From contig JBHIEG010000006.1 of NCBI GenBank assembly GCA_046760505.1, positions 20,924 to 84,923 on the forward strand: DNA of 64,000 nucleotides. The letters are read 5' to 3'. The translations under genes and the position numbers were made by a program. The DNA comes from Candidatus Hydrothermarchaeota archaeon (GTDB taxonomy: Archaea > CAYFZR01). Positions 38,352 to 47,639 of the stretch are shown here, one piece after another. Position 1 is the first letter of the stretch, and each line of letters starts with the position of its first letter. A model generated the notes under the pieces. It was not told where the DNA came from and searched no databases. It saw only the letters and a list, made by a program, of their open reading frames with translations.

Positions 38352-38505
38352 TGTAGGTTATCTCAGGAATGTTTTATATGTTTTTGTGGGCAGGATGATG
38401 CTGGCAGAATGAAAATACCTTTTCTCTTCGAATTCAATTATTAAGTGATGGAAGATTATTTCAAGCGCTCTGCATTAGTTTTAAATAATAAAAAGGAGAA
38501 AATGG

Positions 38506-38919
38506 TTACTTTACTTCTGCAGAAGCCATTGCACCTTCTTTACATGTTACGTCTACGACATCACCTGATTGTAACGTGTATCCAGCAGTCGGCATCTTGC
38601 CTATTCTGCTAGCATTCAAAGTGTCGAATTTGTAAGTAAAATTCCCATTTACATAAAGCCTCACATCGCTTGCGTTGGCGCTTCCTGTATTCATTACTTT
38701 AACGTAGTTTTTATTTTTCTTTGCCTCTAAGATGAGTAAGTTCACATCGAATTGCGCAGTGGCTCCGCTCACCTTAGCAGTTGTTCCCGTGGTAAAACTT
38801 GTCACCCAGACATAGGCTATTCCCGCTGCTACTACTGCTATAGCTATCAATAGGATTACTGCTATTACTGGCGAGACACCTTTCTCCTCCTTCCTTATCC
38901 CTTGGAACGTTTTTTTCAC
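38506..38919 (-). CDS. Archaeal type IV pilin (probable major pilin)
   Basis: EKG/VSPVIAVILLIAIAVVAAG; has its own upstream TATA-like element and downstream T-tract. Confidence 0.92.
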   Translation of the reverse strand: MKKTFQGIRKEEKGVSPVIAVILLIAIAVVAAGIAYVWVTSFTTGTTAKVSGATAQFDVNLLILEAKKNKNYVKVMNTGSANASDVRLYVNGNFTYKFDTLNASRIGKMPTAGYTLQSGDVVDVTCKEGAMASAEVK

Positions 38920-39062
38920 CCCCAGTAAATATTCTATTTTAATCTGTTATAGTAGTACTCATATTTTATAAGCGTTTTGTCAACAAAAACGATTTATTGT
39001 CAGACAAATTTGTGTCAGACGATTATCTGTCCTTTAAATCCATTAATATTTATGATAATTAA

Positions 39063-39509
39063 TTATATCTCAAGCAATCCATGCAACTCGCAAAACTCCT
39101 TTGAGCCAAAAACATCGATCAGATTTTTGACCTTCAGGAATTCGGAATCGTTGGATATAACACATTCCGAACCAGATTCTATTGCTGTTGCGGTTATTAT
39201 TGCATATGGAAGTCTTATCTTCTGCTTTGCTCTAATCTCACCTGCTCTGTCAGCAATTCTTACATTTGGCGGAAAGACTTCAAATTGAGGTGATGTAATT
39301 ATGTATGAGAAAAAAGCATTCTTCTCCTGAATCAAACCTTGCTGATTATAACCAGCCGAGAGCTCTGTTAGTACGATCGTGGACAATATCGCGGTGAGAG
39401 ATCCACCATCTATTGCATCCAATATCTTAGAAGAATAAGCCATGAACTCTGGCTCTTTGTTGATAACATTCAAAAATATATTTGTATCTACTGTAACCTT
39501 CATATCCAC
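39063..39509 (-). CDS. vapC: PIN-domain VapC toxin (one catalytic Asp replaced by Tyr)
   Basis: VDTN, TEL, LPYAII (normally LPDAII), SNDSEF. Confidence 0.88.
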   Translation of the reverse strand: MDMKVTVDTNIFLNVINKEPEFMAYSSKILDAIDGGSLTAILSTIVLTELSAGYNQQGLIQEKNAFFSYIITSPQFEVFPPNVRIADRAGEIRAKQKIRLPYAIITATAIESGSECVISNDSEFLKVKNLIDVFGSKEFCELHGLLEI

Positions 39510-39733
39510 TCTTCTCTAACCTTCTTTTGGAAATCTAGGCTACTCACACTCCATTTTTTTTGACTCATTAAAATACTCGATAGTTTTTCGGTGGTTTCTT
39601 TTCTTAACACTATTTTATCACCGTGTTTTTCAAATACTACTTTGTCTCCGGCCTTAAGTCCTAAGAGATCTCTCAGATCTTTTGGTAGTGTTATCTGTCC
39701 CTTTTTTGATAATTTAGAAATTGCAACAATCAT
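39500..39733 (-). CDS. AbrB/MazE-type antitoxin
   Basis: KLSKKGQITLPKDLRDLLGLKAGDKV; overlaps vapC. Confidence 0.9.
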   Translation of the reverse strand: MIVAISKLSKKGQITLPKDLRDLLGLKAGDKVVFEKHGDKIVLRKETTEKLSSILMSQKKWSVSSLDFQKKVREEWI

Positions 39734-39788
39734 CTAGGACACCTTACAAAATGGTAAGAATTTCCTTACTTATTAATCTTACTATTCT

Positions 39789-40601
39789 TTATACTAGAAA
39801 CTGAAATACGAGATATCCTATCAAGGTTAAAATCACGGAATGTTTTAATCCCGCGAGAATAGACCCTTCACCAACTTCTCCACATACCAAGCCCCCGAAT
39901 ACGGCTTGAATGAGGGCAAGATGATAGAATAGCGTTCTATATCCTTCAGGTGATATGGGCATCCTTAAGAATGCAAACGAGCCCATGCCCCCCATCGCTG
40001 GAACCATCGTTTTCTGAATAGCAACAACAATTGCGATGAATACAAAGAAGGTTAGATAAATAATGACTATGTATGGTCGCATAGCCCCTTTTCTCTCCTC
40101 CTCTATTTCCATTATCATCTGAGCATCCCTTGCCGCGGAGTCCAGTATATCAGATATGTCTCCTCCAGCTCTGTTGGCCTCTATTATTAGAGAGCATACG
40201 CGACTCACAATTCTGCTATTGCTCCTCTCAGAGAACTTCTCTAGCACCTCTTCAAATGGAACTCCCCAAGAAATTTGTGTGGCCATTTTCTTTACCTCGT
40301 CAGTTAAAGCGCCATAATCAGATTTTGCAAGTGTGTAGAAAGCCATTGAAAGGGGTACACCGGCACGGCTGGCTTCAACCATATCTCTTAAAAAATCAGG
40401 AAATCTTTTTTCTATTTTTCTGGTCCTTATATCCTCAAGTAGTTTTGCTAACATTAGTGGAAATCCAGAGAAAACTAGTGCGAGCACAAATACGGTATCA
40501 AATGTCTTTGTATCCCCATATAACCTATAACCTCCACTGACCAGTGCAACAAATATTAACATTCCTATCGCAACGAATGCGGCTATCTTTCTCCTTTTCA
40601 T
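39789..40601 (-). CDS. Type II/IV secretion system F-domain membrane protein (TadC/FlaJ-like)
   Basis: FPDFLRDM, DYGALT, ANRAGG, GLKHS. Confidence 0.9.
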   Translation of the reverse strand: MKRRKIAAFVAIGMLIFVALVSGGYRLYGDTKTFDTVFVLALVFSGFPLMLAKLLEDIRTRKIEKRFPDFLRDMVEASRAGVPLSMAFYTLAKSDYGALTDEVKKMATQISWGVPFEEVLEKFSERSNSRIVSRVCSLIIEANRAGGDISDILDSAARDAQMIMEIEEERKGAMRPYIVIIYLTFFVFIAIVVAIQKTMVPAMGGMGSFAFLRMPISPEGYRTLFYHLALIQAVFGGLVCGEVGEGSILAGLKHSVILTLIGYLVFQFLV

Positions 40602-40603
40602 GG

Positions 40604-41467
40604 TTACACCTTGGGCTTAAGAGAATCTACTATTATCAGAAACATTATGCATGCAATCGGAATGAAGAGATAGATCATCATCTGGAAAAATATATTCACC
40701 GGAATTTTTAAGGTCCAGCCACCCATCATAGTCATAACTGCTACCATAACTATGAGAAAAACCGGAGCAACAACAAATAAGGTTATGTATATCTCGGTCA
40801 TCAATCCAAGAGATTCCGTGAACTCTCTCTGTATTTTTCTATGCTCCCATGTGAGCTCTCTTGCAACTTCTCTTAAAAAAATCTTTAAATCACCACTAGA
40901 TTTTATCGTGTTATTTATTCCCATCAGTATCTCCTTTAGTCGAGAAGATGGACTTCTCTTGCAGGCATTCTCTAGTGCTGTAGATAGATCCTCTCCAAAT
41001 ATCTCGATATCTCTTGTAATGGTCTTGGCTTCTTCTGATACCTCTCCATACAACTCAGATAGACCTAAAGCCTTTAATATAACGGCTGGTGGCATTCCTG
41101 CACCAGCCATTATTGATATGTAGTTCACTGCATATGGTAAATTCATGTCAATGTCTAATCTTCTTTCATACGCCTTGAAAAATGGGTATATATAAACTAG
41201 ACCAGATATAAACAAAGAGATAAGAAAAGAAGCGACTAAAGTAAATCCGAGAGGAAAGTAACCAAGTTTTATAATGGTAAGGCGATAAAAAAATGCAAAA
41301 GAAATTAAGAAAGGTATGAAGAATGATAGAAAGAGGATTCCAAGATAACTGCCCAGCGTGGTTTTAATGTTTGATTCATGCAGAGATTCATGAAGTCCCT
41401 CAAAGAGATCATAAAAATGAGATTCAAAAAAGGAGCCAATTCTCCTGTACATTACATATACCGCCAA
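40604..41467 (-). CDS. Type II/IV secretion system F-domain membrane protein (TadC/FlaJ-like)
   Basis: LPYAVNY, YGEVSEE, SPS, SSGDL. Confidence 0.9.
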   Translation of the reverse strand: MAVYVMYRRIGSFFESHFYDLFEGLHESLHESNIKTTLGSYLGILFLSFFIPFLISFAFFYRLTIIKLGYFPLGFTLVASFLISLFISGLVYIYPFFKAYERRLDIDMNLPYAVNYISIMAGAGMPPAVILKALGLSELYGEVSEEAKTITRDIEIFGEDLSTALENACKRSPSSRLKEILMGINNTIKSSGDLKIFLREVARELTWEHRKIQREFTESLGLMTEIYITLFVVAPVFLIVMVAVMTMMGGWTLKIPVNIFFQMMIYLFIPIACIMFLIIVDSLKPKV

Positions 41468-43092
41468 ACGTCTTCTAAAACTGTTTCAGGAGACTTATAA
41501 TATGTTGCAACTACTCTGGCGACATCGGTAAATTTTCTTATTCCTCTATTCTTCATCCATTCTAGAATATTCTTCCTGTTTTCTAATTCTCTCCTCATCT
41601 CCTCCTCGCTTATGTTCATATCAGCCATGATTCTTTCCATCAGATACGATCTGCTCGAGACAAAGTGGTGTTTATCTGAGTGGGGATCCCATTTGAAGGT
41701 ATCATTTGTAATGAGTTCTTGAGTGTTTGGATCCAACCCCACTATTTCGGTGGTTCCCTTTATTCTTCGCACATATTTTCCTTTTACTCTGCTTCTAACC
41801 TGCATTACTATTATATCTAGGTTTTGCAATAGTACTCTTGGAATATTTATGGGTGGAGACTCCAATCTGTGGATAACTCCTTGGGGAGAATCTGCATGGA
41901 TTGTGCTAAGCGCCAGATGCCCTGTTGCCATTGCCTGGAAGAGTGTATTCGCCTCAACGCCTCTTACTTCTCCGACAATTATGTAATCAGGTCTTTGTCT
42001 TAAGGCAGTTTTCAGCAAATCGAACATATCTATTTCGCCGTATCTCCTTCCGTTGGTTAAGGCTGGTCCAAAGCCACTTCTCGTTACCTGGGGGATCCAG
42101 TTTGAGTGAGGTAAACTCAGCTCCGGAGTATCCTCTATGGTAACGATCTTTAACTCTGGTGGAATAAATAGAGATAAAGCGTTTAGGGTAGTAGTCTTCC
42201 CAGCAGCAATTCCTCCCGCTACTAGCACGGAGGCATCGTGCTCTATAGCAAGCCATAAATAGGCGAGAAGCTCCGGAGAAGCGGTTCCGAGTTCTATTAG
42301 ATCTGGGGGAGTCATTGGATCTCCCCTGAATTTCCTTATCGTAAATGTAGATCCCTTTCTAGAGATTTCCTTGCCATATGTTAACTGAACCCTGCTCCCG
42401 TCAGGAAGAGTTCCCTCAAGCAAAGGCTCAGCAACTGAGATATGCTTGCCACTTCTTTGTGCAATCTTGATGATGAAGGAATCCAACTCATCTGAGTCTG
42501 AAAACTGCAGGTTGGTTCTCATTGAGCCGAACATTCGATGATAAATGTAGATTGGAATGTTAGCGCCATCACAACTTATATCCTCAATATTAACGTCGTT
42601 CATCAAAGGCTCTATGATTTCTAAGCCAGCGAAGTCTCTAATGATGTAATACTTTATTTTTTCTCTGGAATTTTCGCTCAATCTGATTCTGTGTTTCTTT
42701 ACAACTTCATCTACCTTCTCGCATAGGTATTTGTCTAATTCTTCGACAGAAAAGAAATCCAGTTCCAGTTCGTCTATCAATGTCTCTTTAATCTTCTTCA
42801 GAGCTTTTTCTTCATCTTCATTTAACTCGGGTTGTTTGACCTCGTATATCAATTCGTGAGACTCTCTGTCGTAATGTATGTTTGCGAAGGCGTATGGTTC
42901 TATCAAGGGATAAGTGGTATCTATTTTTGTCATATAATTCTCATTTTTTGTTATTGCAGGTAAAACAGGCGCCTTCCTTTCCTTTTGTTCTTTTATTTGA
43001 TTGAGAAGATTATTTAGTTTACTCTTGCTTAATTCAGTTTCTTTCTTTTTTATTTTTTCTAAAATTTCCTGGGCTCTCTCTTCGATATCCAT
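41452..43092 (-). CDS. Type IV pilus assembly ATPase (FlaI/VirB11 family)
   Basis: IEDISCDG, GGIAAGKTT, LRQRPDYIIVGEVRG, ATGH, TIHA. Confidence 0.95.
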   Translation of the reverse strand: MDIEERAQEILEKIKKKETELSKSKLNNLLNQIKEQKERKAPVLPAITKNENYMTKIDTTYPLIEPYAFANIHYDRESHELIYEVKQPELNEDEEKALKKIKETLIDELELDFFSVEELDKYLCEKVDEVVKKHRIRLSENSREKIKYYIIRDFAGLEIIEPLMNDVNIEDISCDGANIPIYIYHRMFGSMRTNLQFSDSDELDSFIIKIAQRSGKHISVAEPLLEGTLPDGSRVQLTYGKEISRKGSTFTIRKFRGDPMTPPDLIELGTASPELLAYLWLAIEHDASVLVAGGIAAGKTTTLNALSLFIPPELKIVTIEDTPELSLPHSNWIPQVTRSGFGPALTNGRRYGEIDMFDLLKTALRQRPDYIIVGEVRGVEANTLFQAMATGHLALSTIHADSPQGVIHRLESPPINIPRVLLQNLDIIVMQVRSRVKGKYVRRIKGTTEIVGLDPNTQELITNDTFKWDPHSDKHHFVSSRSYLMERIMADMNISEEEMRRELENRKNILEWMKNRGIRKFTDVARVVATYYKSPETVLEDVWRYM

Positions 43093-43250
43093 ATGGGATA
43101 CTCCGTAGCCTAATGCTTCTCTTTGCTTAGAGTGTTGTCGATGATTGATTATATTTCTTTCGATTACAAATTAGTTTTCTAACCAGCATATTTGGACAAG
43201 GGAAAAATATTTTATCAGAAAGGGAACAATTTCTTTCTTGAGGTAACCTG

Positions 43251-44303
43251 ATGGAAGAAAAGGTGGAGAGATACAGTCTTTCTATAAATCCTTTTGGTTA
43301 TTTAGCAAGCGAGTCCTTGGATAACATCAAGGATATATGTGTTTATCAAGATGTTGATTACTCTTTGTTGGAGTTACTGGAAGAAGTAAAGAGCGGTGAG
43401 AGTAGAGTATTTAGTATAAACGGCCCTTTTGGGACAGGAAAGACGTTACGACTAAAATTTATTCTAGAAAACTATGATGATACTGGAATTTATACAAAGA
43501 TTCCGATAGGAGATTTTAAGTCTGTTATGGCGCATATTCTAAAAGAAATAAGGATTACAAAGGCAAAGCGCAGCTTCATTAAAAGGATACTCCGTAGATT
43601 TTACTCTTCAGTAGACCCTTCTGAAGTAGAGAAAGATCCCATAGAACTATCAAATATAATACTAGAGGAAGTAAGCGGGTGTGTTTTTCTAATAGATGAG
43701 TTAGAAAATATTTCTAAGATGAAAGATGATGAAATAGATAATTTTTTCCAGGTATTAAAAGAAATGGTAAGCAATATCCCTCCTAAAACCATGTTAGGTA
43801 TTTCATGCACGACTTCTGAATACTTTTTATTTAAAAATAAGTACTTCGCCTTCTTTCAGCGCATAGACAAAGAATTCTCACTTAAAGATCTAACAGATGA
43901 AGAAGCAATAGAACTGGTAAAAAAAAGATTGCAAACAAACAGAATTCTAAAAGATTTAGATCCATTGTATCCTTTTTCAGAGGGTGCAATAGCAGAGGCA
44001 AATAACTTAACATCTGGAAATCCAAGAAATCTTCTTAAATTACTGCAAGAAGCCTTAAGAGTTGGTATAAGGGATGAACTTCCAAATATAGAAGTCCCAG
44101 TAATAAGAGAAGTTTACAGCAAGGTTTTCGAGCCATACAAAACGAAATTGGAAATAGAACTTGAGAAAATAGAAAAGGAATTTCTTGAACTCTCCGCTAA
44201 ATACGATGCCGGAGAGATTGATTTTGAAGTTTATCAGTCAAAAATAAGAGATCTTGAGGTTAGACTGTTAAAAATAGAGAGGGAGGTAAAAGAGACAAAA
44301 TAA
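43251..44303 (+). CDS. AAA+ family P-loop ATPase with C-terminal SHOCT-like helix
   Basis: GPFGTGKT, FLIDE, YPF, GNPR; YDAGEIDFEVY tail. Confidence 0.8.
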   Translation: MEEKVERYSLSINPFGYLASESLDNIKDICVYQDVDYSLLELLEEVKSGESRVFSINGPFGTGKTLRLKFILENYDDTGIYTKIPIGDFKSVMAHILKEIRITKAKRSFIKRILRRFYSSVDPSEVEKDPIELSNIILEEVSGCVFLIDELENISKMKDDEIDNFFQVLKEMVSNIPPKTMLGISCTTSEYFLFKNKYFAFFQRIDKEFSLKDLTDEEAIELVKKRLQTNRILKDLDPLYPFSEGAIAEANNLTSGNPRNLLKLLQEALRVGIRDELPNIEVPVIREVYSKVFEPYKTKLEIELEKIEKEFLELSAKYDAGEIDFEVYQSKIRDLEVRLLKIEREVKETK

Positions 44304-44305
44304 AT

Positions 44306-44650
44306 TCATTCATACTCGATACTTTTGCTTTCCTTTATGAGTTCATACCAGTTTTTTAGCAGGACTATGAAAAGTATAATGAAGATGGATTCGCTCAGTT
44401 CGTATAGATAATAAGTCTCGAAGTGAAATAATTCTTTGAATGTGCCTATCGTTTCATGTAAGACGAAGATGACACCTATGAGAAAGATATATGACCATGT
44501 TTTACTCAAAAAACCTGCCTTTAAAAATGCCTTTGCCTTGAGCATATCAGGATCTAGGCTCTCAGATTCTTTTCTTATTATTACCAATATCGCTAAAACG
44601 ACCAAACCTATGATGAAATTTATGATTTCCAATATCGCTTCTGCATGCAT
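44306..44650 (-). CDS. Small three-TM membrane protein
   Basis: Three hydrophobic helices. Confidence 0.65.
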   Translation of the reverse strand: MHAEAILEIINFIIGLVVLAILVIIRKESESLDPDMLKAKAFLKAGFLSKTWSYIFLIGVIFVLHETIGTFKELFHFETYYLYELSESIFIILFIVLLKNWYELIKESKSIEYE

Positions 44651-44950
44651 CTTTTACCCGCGTCTTCATGTTATTTGTTCAAATTATCACTCACTTTTAA
44701 ATCATCACTCGATTGTTTATAATAAATTTTGAAATATTTATAGTATTATGATCGATGAAATCGTAATTTTTGCCAAAAAAGAAATATTTATGTGAATTCT
44801 ATCAATTCTCATCCTTCGATCACTGAGAAGTAAACATGGTATCGTATTCTTCTCTAGCGCGTAAACATGAACTTCAGCGAGATACAAAACCCCTGCATTG
44901 ATTTCTGCTTACCAAATGAAAAAATTTTGATGCTTAATTATCCTATTTAA

Positions 44951-45319
44951 TTACCCTATTATTCTTTTTATCTTTTCCGCAGCCTTAGACATCTCGACAA
45001 GAATTAAACCCAATCCTGCGTCAGGACCTGTCATTACGACAAGTAGAGCCTTTGGACCTGCCCCGGTAGATATCACCTTTGTCTCTGGAGACTCTATTAA
45101 TATGCGCTCTGGTACACCTTTCTTTAACTCGCTAATGGCTGTTTCTGCAGCTCCGGTCATTGTGGCAGTCATAGCAGCGAAAGTTCCTTTTTCAATGCCC
45201 TCTGGTATATCTGATGCCATCAATAAGCCATCTCTAGTAACTACTGCAGAGGCCTCGATATCTCCGACTTTTTTAAGTTCCTTGAGAATCACTTCTAGAT
45301 CTTCCTTTAGAGTAGACAC
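44951..45319 (-). CDS. Roadblock/LC7 (MglB-like) protein
   Basis: SAVVTRDGLLMAS, FAAMTA, GLGLIL; GTG start. Confidence 0.93.
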   Translation of the reverse strand: MSTLKEDLEVILKELKKVGDIEASAVVTRDGLLMASDIPEGIEKGTFAAMTATMTGAAETAISELKKGVPERILIESPETKVISTGAGPKALLVVMTGPDAGLGLILVEMSKAAEKIKRIIG

Positions 45320-46487
45320 CCCACTCACCCTCGAATATGAGATCAATTAGTATTTCGAAAGCATTTATAACTTTATCGCTTTTAGTTGCAACACATGGAA
45401 CTAAAGGCACTTCTTCGCTGATTTTCATGATTTTTCTTATTTCTTCGACATCTAATGCGTCAGCAAGGTCCTGTTTATTAGCAACTATAACGAGAGGCAG
45501 TCCATGGGTTTTTGTGATTTCTATCATGTGTTTAGCCCTCTTAAAAGTTTCTGGCTTGCTAGAATCAATAACCAAGAAAACTCCAATGGTTTCTCCTGCT
45601 ATCCGTCTCAATATAGGGTCAAATCTCTCCTGACCCGGAGTACCGAATATATCAGCAGTATATCCCTTATGATCTACATATCCGTGATCTAATGCCACTG
45701 TAGTGCCCAGTCTATCTACGGAAACCGCCTTTTTGGAGATTGTATGGATGAATGTACTCTTCCCCGCGTTGTACGGTCCAGTTACAAGAATCTTTGGAAT
45801 GTAAGCCTTTACTCCACCTGGGCGCAAAACCTTGAACAGTATAGATTTTTCCCTTATCTCGCACCATTTCACATTCGTTACAGCATAATATTGTCCGATA
45901 ATGACTCTTTGCGCAATGCCACCAACGGAAACAACCGCATCGAAGGTTGTAAGCAATTTATCAAATACAAAACTCTCATATGGCCATCTTGTAAAGTTGA
46001 AAACACCATAATCGTCTTTCAACATTATTCTCTTTGTAAGATACTCGATAAATTCTAACGTTTTTCTTTCTCCACAGAGATCCATCACACTAGAAAGAGA
46101 TCCAAAAGTTATTATGCTTCCATCTCCAAGATCATCGCATGCCTTTTCCAAAACTCTCTTATAACATTCGATATTTTCAGGATCTTCTACATGGTATTCA
46201 CTCTCAGGTCTTAAACCAACCAAATTAGAATAACCATCTATAAATATCAAATTCTCAAATCTTTCAACATCCCAACCATATTCCAAAAACTCTTTTTTTA
46301 CCGTATTTGGAGGACCAGTGGTAGTTAAGTAAATACCCTTCATTCCTTGTTCAAGATTTGAGGCGAAGGTCTGCATACCGAATACGTCGCCTATTACTCC
46401 GGGCTCTATAAGGTAGAGTAGGCTTTTTCCTGCGGGTATTCCTCCTCCCAATAACTCATCTAGTCTTGGTATGTTTGTGGTGATCAT
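45273..46487 (-). CDS. Degenerate KaiC-like domain fused to MglA/CvnD-like small GTPase
   Basis: N-terminal TNIPRLDELLGGGIP with degenerate Walker A (IEPGVIGD); C-terminal GPYNAGKST, TTVALDHG, FGTPGQERF, NKQD. Confidence 0.9.
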   Translation of the reverse strand: MITTNIPRLDELLGGGIPAGKSLLYLIEPGVIGDVFGMQTFASNLEQGMKGIYLTTTGPPNTVKKEFLEYGWDVERFENLIFIDGYSNLVGLRPESEYHVEDPENIECYKRVLEKACDDLGDGSIITFGSLSSVMDLCGERKTLEFIEYLTKRIMLKDDYGVFNFTRWPYESFVFDKLLTTFDAVVSVGGIAQRVIIGQYYAVTNVKWCEIREKSILFKVLRPGGVKAYIPKILVTGPYNAGKSTFIHTISKKAVSVDRLGTTVALDHGYVDHKGYTADIFGTPGQERFDPILRRIAGETIGVFLVIDSSKPETFKRAKHMIEITKTHGLPLVIVANKQDLADALDVEEIRKIMKISEEVPLVPCVATKSDKVINAFEILIDLIFEGEWGVYSKGRSRSDSQGT

Positions 46488-46683
46488 TTTATCTCTTGAA
46501 GCTTATTTGTGCAGATCATTATAAGTGAGTTTTCATTTTGAAATTAAAGCGTGTTCTTTGAGTATTTATGTTTGAGAAATCTCATTTATAACCATACAAA
46601 TTAGTTACGCATTTGGTAAAATTTTTTACACGATTTTATCAAAAACCAAACTCTCTCAAAGAATGGAAAATCTTAATCTTAAG

Positions 46684-47349
46684 TCAAATCACTTTGATCA
46701 TTGAGGTTTCTATGCGATATCTAAATTTATCATTTACGAATCCCTTTAATAACAATTCTTCGCCTTTAAAATGCATTAATCCCTGCATGAGTTGCTGTAT
46801 AGCGTTTACTTCCTCTGGCTTGTGTATGCTTTCGTTCATGACGAAGAAGCATATTCCACCAACCGCCTTTATTCTTCCCGTGAAAACGTGTAGAAAACGA
46901 AATACTGGTTTGATGCTTGAGTACATGAGAAGCGTGGATACCGAGTCTAACACTACTCTTATTCTCTTTATCCCAGACTTGCGCCATAGATCTTCAATAT
47001 GATTGGACGTGCTAGCCAAAATCATCCCTAAATCAAGAGGTCCCGATACACAAGAGACATTTTCTATATCTCTGGGACAATTCTCATCAAATGTTAACGA
47101 ATAACAATCAACTATTCTCAAGTTTTCTAGTGAGGAGGAAAACCTGCTTATTTCTTCAACTACCTTCTTCGCGGTATCATTAGTTGATATGTAGATGACT
47201 CCTTCATTATTTTTAAGCGATGATCCGCAACATTGGTGACAGAATAGTTTGTGTCCTGAATATGCGTCTCCCAGGACCATTATCATGCATTCTGGCTTTA
47301 TTTTGACATCTATCCCCTCTAATCCAATGGAATATTCTTCATCTTTCAT
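46684..47349 (-). CDS. KaiC/RAD55-like protein with degenerate Walker A
   Basis: GDAYSGHK, IVDCYS, VLDSVSTLLMY. Confidence 0.8.
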   Translation of the reverse strand: MKDEEYSIGLEGIDVKIKPECMIMVLGDAYSGHKLFCHQCCGSSLKNNEGVIYISTNDTAKKVVEEISRFSSSLENLRIVDCYSLTFDENCPRDIENVSCVSGPLDLGMILASTSNHIEDLWRKSGIKRIRVVLDSVSTLLMYSSIKPVFRFLHVFTGRIKAVGGICFFVMNESIHKPEEVNAIQQLMQGLMHFKGEELLLKGFVNDKFRYRIETSMIKVI

Positions 47350-47639
47350 ACCAATCTTACCTTTAATATTCACTTAAAAATTTAAATCTTACGCAAAGAC
47401 GGTAAAAGTTCTTATTAACCTCTTGAGTCTCAATTTTTATGCAACTATAGCAGGTATATGTGCTTTCTTGCTACGGAGAACCGCAAATTTAGACTAGTCA
47501 TACTCTTTTTAAGAAATTTGGCAAGATTTCGATCACTTGCTTTATTTGAAGCTTAGATATTTATATTTTGAACAATCAAGGAACAAAAAATGTCAGTAGC
47601 CTAGGAAAATTTATTAAATAAAGTCAACAATTAGAGAAT

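Noticed and set aside
36136-43092. Archaellum operon
   Set aside because: The pilins have GVSP-type rather than archaellin N-termini, the platform protein is split in two, and arlC/D/E/F/G are absent
44814-47537. 10-mer TTCGATCACT present in two intergenic regions of the island
   Set aside because: Only two copies with weak, dissimilar flanking stems; compatible with chance
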